A stretch of 64,000 nucleotides of DNA from Anaeramoeba ignava BMAN (Eukaryota; Protista; Anaeramoebae), in NCBI GenBank assembly GCA_028826165.1, contig JAPDFW010000067.1, forward strand, positions 310,001 through 374,000, in the 5' to 3' direction. The notes beneath the pieces were generated by a model. The model saw only the letters and a program-made list of their open reading frames with translations, searched no databases and was not told the DNA's origin. This document shows, one piece after another, positions 54,901 through 64,000 of this stretch (position 1 is its first letter; each line of letters opens with the position of its first letter). The position numbers and the translations under genes are program-made.

Positions 54901-56661
54901 TCAAATTTAAATCAAATATAAATCAAATTTAAATCAAATTTAAATCAAATATAAATCAAATTTAAATCAAATTTAAATCAAATTTAAATCAAATTAAAAT
55001 CAAATTAAAATCAAATTAAAATCAAATTTAATCAAATATAAATTAAATTTAAATCAAATTAAAATCAAATTAAAATCAAATTTAAATCAAATTAAAATCA
55101 AATATAAATTAAATTATAATTAATATTATAATTATATTATATAAGTACATTATCCCAGAAATGAGAAACAAGAGCATGTGAGACACCAGGAAGTCTAAAA
55201 AAATTAACAGCAAGCATATCAACACAAAAAGGAAAAATCAAAGAAAAACCTTTTCCTTTTTCTGTGATTAATTTAGAATCAACCAAAGTTTGTGTTTCAA
55301 TCATTAAAGATCTATATTGGCTCAAAATTCGATCATTTTCAGGTTGGTTTGATAGAATGCTAAATTCTTCTCTTCTTGCAATTGCAGATATTGATTTATA
55401 AAAGAGATGCCTTTTATCAAATATTGCTGCTCCAACATCATTCAATAAATGCGACCAAATTCGAAGAAAAATTTGTATCATAGCTCTTTTTTTTGATATT
55501 TTTTTATAATCTTTTTTATTTTGATTTTAATTTTGATTTAGATTTAGATTTAGATTTATATTTATATTTATATTTAGATTTTAATTTAGATTTTAATTTT
55601 GATTTAGATTTATATTGGTTTAGATTTAGATTTAGATTTATATTTAGATTTATATTTAGATTTAGATTTAGATTTAGATTTGGATTTAGATTTAGATTTG
55701 GATTTAGATTTGGATTTAGATTTAGATTTTGATTTTGATTTTAATTTTGATTTAGATTTAGATTTAGATTTAGATTTAGATTTAGAATTTTGATTTTTGA
55801 TTTTGATTTGAATTTTAGATTTTGAATTTGATTTAGATTTGATTTATATTTGGATTTGGATTTTAGATTTGATTTAGATTTGGATTTGAATTTAGATTTA
55901 TATTTAGATTTTGATTTTAATTTAGATTTTGATTTTGGAGATTTGGATTTAGATTTGATTTTAGATTTAGATTTAGATTTAGATTTATATTTAGATTTTG
56001 ATTTAGATTTTGATTTAGATTTAGATTTGGATTTTAATTTAGATTTTTGATTTTTAATTATAATTTTAATATTAATTTTAATTTAGATTTTTAATTATAA
56101 TTATAATTTTAATATTAATTTTTAATTTTAATTTATATTTAGATTTTAATTTATATTTTAATTTTGATTTAGATTTAGATTTAGATTTAGATTTAGATTT
56201 AGATTTAGATTTAGATTTAGATTTATATTTATATTTATATTTAGATTTATATTTAGATTTTAATTTTGATTTAGATTTAGATTTGGATTTGGATTTGGAT
56301 TTAGATTTAGATTTAGATTTTGATTTTAATTTTGATTTTAATTTAGATTTTAATTTTAATTTTAATATTAATATTAATATTAATTTTGATTTTAATTTTA
56401 ATTTTAATTTTAATTTTAATTTTAATTTTAATTTTAATTTTAATTTTAATTTATATTTATATTTTAATTTTAATTTTAATTTTAATTACGAAATGAATGA
56501 AGTTGAAGAAAAGGTAAACATTCTAAAAGATTTTCAGCTTTTTCTCTAATTGAACTTTTTATATTAAAGACATTTTCTAGTTTTTGCATTAACTTAAACA
56601 ATTCACTTAAATTTTTTAATATTTTCTTTTGTGGTTCTGTAAGAAAAATTTGATTTTGCAT
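51926..56661 (-). CDS. Conserved helical protein, probably DUF1765/UPF0592 family; exons 56661-56490, 55483-55149, 53560-53127, 53027-51926
   Basis: Phase-consistent GT-AG junctions. AVNFFRLPG, FPGF, RTNAYN, TLAFIYNI and FF...VVRDYF resemble DUF1765 proteins (from memory of the family). Confidence 0.6.
53561..55148. repeat. Intronic satellite, 11-bp unit AAATCAAAT(T/A)T
   Basis: Direct reading. Confidence 0.95.
55500..56489. repeat. Intronic simple repeat (GATTTA)n / (AATTTT)n
   Basis: Direct reading. Confidence 0.9.
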
Positions 56662-56670
56662 TTTAATTAA

Positions 56671-59600
56671 AGCCTTCTCCCAAAAAAATTTTTTTTCGAA
56701 TTTTTGATTTTTTTTTTTAACACGTGTCAGTTTTTTAAATAAAAAAAAAAAAAGTTTTTCCTGTTCTTCTTTTCTTTTGGAATCTTTTCTTCTTTTTATT
56801 AAATTCCATCAAAAATTTGTGTATTTTTTTGGCATTTTTTTTGAATTTCTTGTTTGAAAAAATCAAGAAAAGAAAAAGAAAAAAAAGAAAAAGCAAAGAA
56901 AAAAGAAGAAAGAAAGTGATAAATTTTGGAATTGCGTGATTCAATATGTAATTGTTGATTGGGGTTTCAGAAAAAATGATACTCTCTTTTTTCCCCATGG
57001 ATGATTTGCCATGAGAGTTTCAATTTGATTTTGTGGTTTAAGATAAATGGGAATTTTTTTTTTGTTCAAAATTTGGACTAGTATCATCAATCTGAATCGC
57101 AATGCTAACCAATGATTCATCACCTGAAGACATTTTTCAATTGGCATTCCCCATGTCAAAACTAACCAAAGAAAGAGAAGAACGAAAATCCCACATTGGG
57201 CTCGGTCAATTTGAAGGTTTGTGGTATCCAAAACAATCCTTTCAAATTTTCTATTATTAACTCCTTCCATAAAAAAGGTGATTCTCTCACCGAAATTGGC
57301 AACTTCCTCTTTCCAACATTGAGGAAAACTGTTAAATTGTAAAATTTGATTCTTATTATGATCAACTATAAAACAGACATAATGATTCACATACCACCAA
57401 ATTAAAGGAACTGGGCTCTTATTTTTATCTTGATCAAATCTCAGAATTCTTTTGCATTCCTCCATGTTTTCAAAAAACTTCTCTTTTTCCATCCATTCTT
57501 TTGATTCTGTTTCAAAAATCCTGATTTGTTCATTTTGGGCCAAATCATTTCTTAGATCTATTGAGGATAGCCAATTAGAAAAAGCTTTCAATTTATTCAA
57601 GTGTGGATTATTGGATTGAAAATTTTGGAAGTACTCAATCAGATTTGGTAGTGTTTGTTGTGTTTTCTCTAAAAATTGGTCAAAATTCTTTCTATCTTCT
57701 GCCTGTTGGTTTTCAAATTCTTGGAGATTTCGGTATCCAGCTGAAAATTTTCTCATAGTAGGATCGAGAATCAATTTAGTCCAATCGGGATCTAAATGGT
57801 ATTGATCCTGAAATAAAAATCTCAGGACAATAGAAATATCCTCAAATTCAAGCCATCCGTTTATATCCCACCTTTCCCACCAAGCTTCATGAATTTCATA
57901 AGTGAGTTGAATGGGTGTTGGCTCATTAATCAAATGATTCAAAAAATCATCTATCTCCGACCGATTCCTCCTTATTTCTTCTTGATATGGATAATTTTGA
58001 AGCATTTTTTGGAGTGGAAAAACTTCTCTTCTTGTTCGGTTTCTCTTTTTTTCATTGGCAAAATCAATTAAACGAGGATTCATTTTTGACCTAATTTTTG
58101 TAATTGGTTCCTTTTTTTTTTTGCCATTACTTTGAGTTTCTCTTTTTTTTGTTTTTGTTTTTGTTTTTGGTCTTTTTGGTTTCAATTTGGTTTCCGATTT
58201 ACAATTTCTTCTCTTCTTTGTTCTTTTTTTTTTTTCTTTTGGAGAATTGGAATTAAAATTTGATTTTTCCACCTCTTTTTGATTCGAAGGTTCATCAATT
58301 TGAAAGATTTCTGGGAGAGATTGATGAAGGAGAATTTTTTGCCAGTTCATATCCTTTTTTTTTCTTCTGTTTTTCTTGTTTTTGTTTGAAAAAGATTCTT
58401 CATCTTCATCTTCATCTTCATCTTCATTTTGAGATTCGTGATATTGTGAAATTTCTTCTCCAAATTCTATTTCCACTTTATATTTTACTTGATTTTCATT
58501 ATTTTGATTATTTTCATTATTTTCATTATTTTGATTATTTTCATTATTTTCATTATTTTTATTATTTTCATTATTTTCATTATTTTTATTATTTTCATTG
58601 TTTTCATTGTTTTGATTATTTTCATTATTTTCATTATTTTTATTATTTTCATTGTTTTCATTATTTTCATTATTTTTATTATTTTCATTGTTTTGATTAT
58701 TTTCATTATTTTCATTGTTTTGATTATTTTCATTATTTTGATCATTTTCATTATTTTCATTATTTTCATTGTTTTGATTATTTTCATTTTGACGTTCTTG
58801 TTCCTTTTCCAAATCACTTTTTTGCCTAGTTCTATTATAATTCCAATCTAAGGAAGCTAATTTATACAAAAGAGGGTAATTTCCTGAATGTGTAAGTTTT
58901 GATCGATAAAGGTTCAGCACACTAAAAAAAGACTCACAATGGCTTGTAGATAGATCATATCGACAATATATCAATTTTTGTAGAATGGGCACATCAGATA
59001 GAATGAGTTTAAGTAATTCAAAATCCTGATTTGTATTGATTTTTTTCTTAACAGTGCAAGGAGGCGTGCTATTATTAGGATCTTTTGAATATTTTTCATT
59101 GAATTTCACGCAGAATTCATGATTTCCATTTGAATGAATGAAATAAATGAACCAATTTTTAAGGAGAATTGGAATATCTCCATGACAACTTTTGATACAT
59201 CTCAAAAAATGAGAAATAATAGAACCTCTCCATTCCAAATATTTATCTTTTTCTTTTTTGAGCTCTTCTCTTTCTTTTTGTGTTAGTTTTCCTACTTTTT
59301 CTGTTTCTTCTCTTTTTTTTCTTTGTTGTGCTAAGAATCTTGTGATTATTTTTGCAATTCTTCTTCTTATACTTCTTGTCACATGCCAAGGATCGAGCAA
59401 ATGCATCACATGTGGCAATTTTTTTGTGATTTCCATACAAGTTTTTTGGTCGTGGATTGTTGCTATGATCGAAAAATTATTTTCTACAGCTTTCACTCCA
59501 TTTGGAATTATAACATTTTCTAGTCCTTGAGATTTGATCGTTTTTGTAGTAGATGAACTTTCAAGATGGCATATGTAGTTGAACTTTGTATTCTTTTCGA

Positions 59601-62376
59601 TGAAAGCCCCACATGCATTTGAAGATCTATTGTTTCTATGAGCAAAACCAGTATCATGAGCCAAAATCAAATACACTTTTGGTTTTTCATCCTTCATTTC
59701 TTGAGTTTTAGGTGGATTTTGAATGAGATTGAAATCATAATTTTGATTGGAACAATTCAAACTGTTTTTTTCAACCCTTTTATCATTATTTTCATTATTT
59801 TTATTATTTTCATTATTTTCATTATTTTCATTATTTTCATTATTTTCATTATTTTCATTATTTTTATTATTTTCATTATTTTCATCATTTTCATTGTTTT
59901 GATTATTTTCATTGTTTTGATTATTTTCATTGTTTTGATTATTTTCATTATTTTCATTATTTTGATTATTTTCATCATTTTCATTATTTTCATTGTTTTC
60001 ATTATTTTGATTATTTTCATTGTTTTCATTATTTTGATTATTTTCATTATTTTCATTATTTTCATTATTTTCATTATTTTCATTATTTTCATCATTTTCA
60101 TTATTTTCATCATTTTCATTGTTTTCATTGTTTTGATTATTTTCATTATTTTGATTATTTTGATTATTTTCATTATTTTCATTATTTTCATCATTTCCAT
60201 TATTTTCATCATTTTCATTATTTTCATTATTTTCATTATTTTCATTATTTTCATTATTTTCATCATTTTGTGAATCCTTGTGATGATGTTTTTTATGATG
60301 TTTTTTATGATGTTTTTTATGATGTTTTTTCGTCTTCTTATTCTTATTCTTATTCTTATTCTTATTCTTATTCTTATTCTTATTCTTATTCTTATTCTTA
60401 TTCTTATTCTTATTCTTATTCTTATTCTTATTCTTATTCTTATTTTTATTTTTATTTTTATTCTTATTCTTATTCTTATTCTTATTCTTATTCTTATTCT
60501 TATTCTTATTCTTATTCTTGCATATTCCTTCTTTATTTTCAATACAGTGTATGACTTTTTCAGTTAATTCAGTTTGGAAATTCAAGATTTCTTCTTTTTC
60601 TTCCAATTTATTCCCTAAGAAAAGTGATTTTGCAAGTTTCGCGATTTTTGGAATTTGTTCATTTGAAATAAAATTTTCTTTCATATGTTGAATCATGTCC
60701 GATTGTTCAGGGTCTGTTTCTTCTCTAATTTTATTATCAATTTCTTTAATTTTTGTTTGGTACATTTCTTCAACGTTATGACTTAACTTGTATTTGACAT
60801 CCTGGCAATATTCTTGTCGTCCTTCTTGTGTTTTAATATTCAACATATTGAGAACACGATAAAGTTTGGAAATGACGAGTCCATTTATTTTGGCTCCTAT
60901 ATTGAAAACTGAACGAAAATTTCTATCTGTTTCGTATGAATCTTTGAAATTTTGTATAGCTTGACGAGTTTCTTGTGGTGATTTTCGGGATTTATATAAT
61001 GAATCTTGATTTTCCCCAGTATTTTTAGTTTTACTTTCTGTTTTTTTCTTCGAATTACTTGATTTTTCGCAAGATTCTTGTTTTGATTTCTCATTTTTGG
61101 GTTTTTCCACTTCATGATAATAAAGTCTTCTTCTAGTTTCTTTTAATTCTTCTTCCTTTTTCATGAGTTGTTTGTATAAATTTTCTTTCTCCGCTCGTAA
61201 ATCAAGAACTAATTTGGAATTTTCTAAATAAGAACCATCTTTTAGTCTCATGTTTTCTTCCATAGATTGCACTAATTTTCTTCTCAATTCTAAAATTTCA
61301 AGAGATAAAGCTTCTATCTCTTGTGATTTTTTGTTTACTAAAGTTTCAACTTTTTTCATTTGTGTCATCAATTTTTCTTCCATTTGTACATGCAAATCTA
61401 TATGAGCATCTTTTGAATAAGACAAATTAATCCATTTTTTGTTCGTTTCTTCTAAAATTTTGATTTGATTTTCCAATTCTTTATATTGAGTATTTAATTC
61501 CATTATTTGATCTTTTAATGTCTTTATTTTGTTCTTTTTCTTGATCTATCAAAAAAAGAGAATTAAAAAAAAATAAAAGGGAGAAAAACAAAAAATTTAC
61601 CATTTTTGCATTATCATTATAGCATCTTGAACAACAATATTTGCTCTTAATAGCTTCTTTGGAGCATTCTAGAAGAATTTGGGTTGGTTTTTTTCCTTTT
61701 TTTGGTTTCATTTTCCCACATATATAACAAAGACGAAGATTAGTTTTTTTTTTTTTGAAATTTTTCATTTTTTTTTTCAAAAAACAAATTGAAACAAAAT
61801 TGAAAGAGAAAAATAAAAGAAAACAAAAAAAAAGTTGTCAAAAAAAAAGTGAATATTGATCTGCCAGAAAAAAAAATATTTTTTTTATATTGTGTGATCT
61901 TTTAAATAAACAAAAAAAAAAAAAAGGAAAATACAAAAAATTGATTGATTAGAGGTAAATATTTTTCTTTTATTTTTCATTTAAACATGGCAGTTTTTGC
62001 ATGATATTAAAAGAAGAATATATCTTCAAATTAAAGCATGGAAAAAATAGCCAAAAAAAATTGTTTTTGTTGAAAAAAAAATTAAAAAAAAAAATTGCAC
62101 ATTCCTATAAAATTTTAATAAATTTTTTCAGTTATTTCGTGCTAACTTTTTCTGAGAATGCTGTTAGAATAAATATAAATGTTTCTTCTGTGTATTTCTA
62201 TTTATAATTTTTGAAAAAAAATGAATAAGAAAAAATGAATAAAAAAAAAAAAAATTTAAAATGAAATTGATGATAATCTTTTCTCAATTTTTTGATAAAA
62301 ATAAATTCACAATAGAAAAATCAATAAAAATAAAAGAAAATGACTGGGAAAAAATTTTTTGCTTTGGGGGAAGGCT
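56671..62376 (-). mobile_element. Autonomous-type Kolobok-like DNA transposon, ~5.7 kb
   Basis: Left end TTAA|AGCCTTCTCCCAAA; right end TTTGGGGGAAGGCT|T-TTAA. This is a 14-bp TIR with 1 mismatch and one extra T before the right TTAA. It encloses a single transposase gene. Confidence 0.85.
56941..61768 (-). CDS. Kolobok-type DDE transposase with N-terminal Cys4 finger and coiled coil and a C-terminal Ulp1/C48-like protease domain (~1590 aa); exons 61768-61601 and 61545-56941
   Basis: Exon 1 has CYIC...CSRC. Core has AHDTGF (D), IHDQ (D), LDPWH, IISHF, HSNGNHEFC, TSHCESFFS (E), LASLDWNYN. C-terminus has WLEFEDI, NHYVC, QFNSF, LQIDRAQCGIFVL. Confidence 0.82.
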
Positions 62377-62562
62377 TTTAAGAAAAAAAAATTTTTTTTG
62401 AAAGAAATAGAAAGATTTTTTTTTATTATTAATTTTAAATAAAGAAAAAGAAAAAGGAAAAGAAAAGGAAATTAAAATGAAAAATAAAACATTTTTTTTT
62501 GCTTATTTTTATTTTTTTATTTTTTTTTTCATTTTTTTTTTCATTTTTATTTTTATTATAAA

Positions 62563-64000
62563 ATGGAATTTTCTATTAATTCAGAAAGACTTGAAGAAAT
62601 TATTGAAGATGACGGTGGTTTAATTTTACCTCAAAAGAAAATAAAAATATAAATGAAAAATATAAATGGAAATATAAATAAAAATATAAATGAAAATATA
62701 AATAAAAATATAAATAAAAATATAAATGAAAATATAAATGAAAATTCAGATGAAAAGCATTCACATAAACATAGAGATGAAAAACATTCATATAGACATA
62801 GAGATGAAAAATATTCATATAAACATAGAGATGAAAAATATTCATATAAACATAGAAATGAAAATAATGATATTTCTACCAACTCAAGAAAACATAAGAA
62901 TTTATATTCAAATTCAAATGAAAAAAATTATAAAAATTATCCAAATTATTCATATTCAGATTCAAAATATTCAGATTCAAATGAAATAAATGAAAAATTA
63001 TCCAAATTATTCATATATTCAGATTCAAATTCAAAAATTCAAAATATTCAAAATATTCAAAATATTCAAATTATAAAAATGAAAAATTATTCAAATTATT
63101 CAAATTATTCAAATTCAAATAAAAAATGAAAAAAAATTATTCAAATGATTCAAACGAAACAAATGAAAAATCAAACAAAATTTCGAACACAAAAATATCG
63201 ACAAATTCAACCACCAACACACCTTTTCACACAGGAGGAGTTAATGAAAAACACTCCAACAAATAGAAGAAAGAAAAAAAGGAATGCAAAAGGAATCCAC
63301 TATTCAGAAATAAAAGAAAATCCAAAAAGAAAAAGAAAGCGGATGGGATATAAAAGACCCAAAATTAAAAACGAAAGTATCAGGAGAAGAACTAATAGAA
63401 ACACTTAAAAAAACATCATGGGATGGAAGAACACCACAAAGAAATAAAAACTCAGAATGGGATCCAACACCCCAAAGAAAACCATCTCAAACATTTGAAG
63501 CATATCGAACACCATTAGCAACGCCATCATACAAATACAACAAATGGTTCAGTCAAAACAAAGGCAACGTGAAAAAAACCACGAAGCCAAAGTTTCTCGA
63601 GAAAAAAGACGATGAAACTGACGAGGAGTTCGAAGAAAGATTGAAGGAATTTGAGGAAGCTGAGATCGATGTGGAGCGGAATTGGTACGATGCTGAAGAA
63701 TCAGGAGCTGTTGAATCAACTTCAAATACATTTTATGGAAAATTGGAAAAATTCGAATCTGTTGAACAATCTTTAGCTGTCAGACAAACACAAAAATTGA
63801 CAGCAAGACAAAACCAAATCAATCGAGAAAATGACAATTGGGAGGAAAACAGATTAATCACTAGTGGTGTTGTTGAAAGAACACAAAAGGAGGAAAACAC
63901 GCAAATAGAGCAGGATGAATCACGCATTAGCGTTATGGTTCATGATTTGAAACCGCCTTTTTTAGATGGAAGAATCGCATTTACAAAGCAAAAAGAACCT
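62563..64000 (+). CDS. PRP16: Pre-mRNA splicing helicase PRP16/DHX38, N-terminal part (3' truncated by window, several apparent indels)
   Basis: ATPSYKYNKW, ERNWYD, DNWEENRLITSGVV and VHDLKPPFLDGRIAFTKQKEP, read in an unlisted frame from ~63400. Confidence 0.88.

Noticed and set aside
56671-62376. piggyBac assignment, or long terminal direct repeats
   Set aside because: The ends are AG...CT rather than CC...GG and the core is D-D-DxxH-E rather than DDD. I see no direct repeat between the two non-coding arms.
62590-62660. Stop-codon reassignment (in-frame TAA in PRP16)
   Set aside because: Other genes end normally in TAA or TGA and the long ORFs contain no internal stops. Compensating indels explain it.

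Overview
Extremely AT-rich, gene-dense eukaryotic (protist) DNA with GT-AG introns, a standard genetic code and N/Q/E/K low-complexity inserts in most proteins. The style suggests an Anaeramoeba-like anaerobic amoeba, but this is an inference. I reconstructed spliced models by hand for about 17 host genes: telobox Myb protein, nucleoplasmin-like protein, NF-YB/NC2-type histone fold, Ras-BTB-BTB protein, G-protein gamma, ZSWIM7/Sws1, Fab1/PIKfyve-like, two divergent actins, CCT7, GH30 glucosylceramidase, OSBP-related protein, Rab3GAP1, separase, WNK kinase, DUF1765-like protein and the 5' part of PRP16. Most other entries in the ORF track are artefacts of simple repeats. Four things stand out. 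(1) A ~5.7-kb TTAA-flanked DNA transposon with AG...CT ends (56671-62376) has a spliced ~1590-aa ORF joining a Cys4 finger, a Kolobok-type DDE transposase and a C-terminal Ulp1/CE-clan-like cysteine protease. (2) A 1.36-kb non-autonomous element with the same end signature is hidden in a satellite-filled ZSWIM7 intron. (3) Two copies of a [163-bp satellite]-tRNA-Asp-[145-bp satellite] cassette bracket an intronless divergent actin. (4) Many introns are inflated to 0.4-4 kb, each by its own simple repeat. Frameshifts in A-runs (three genes) are probably assembly errors.
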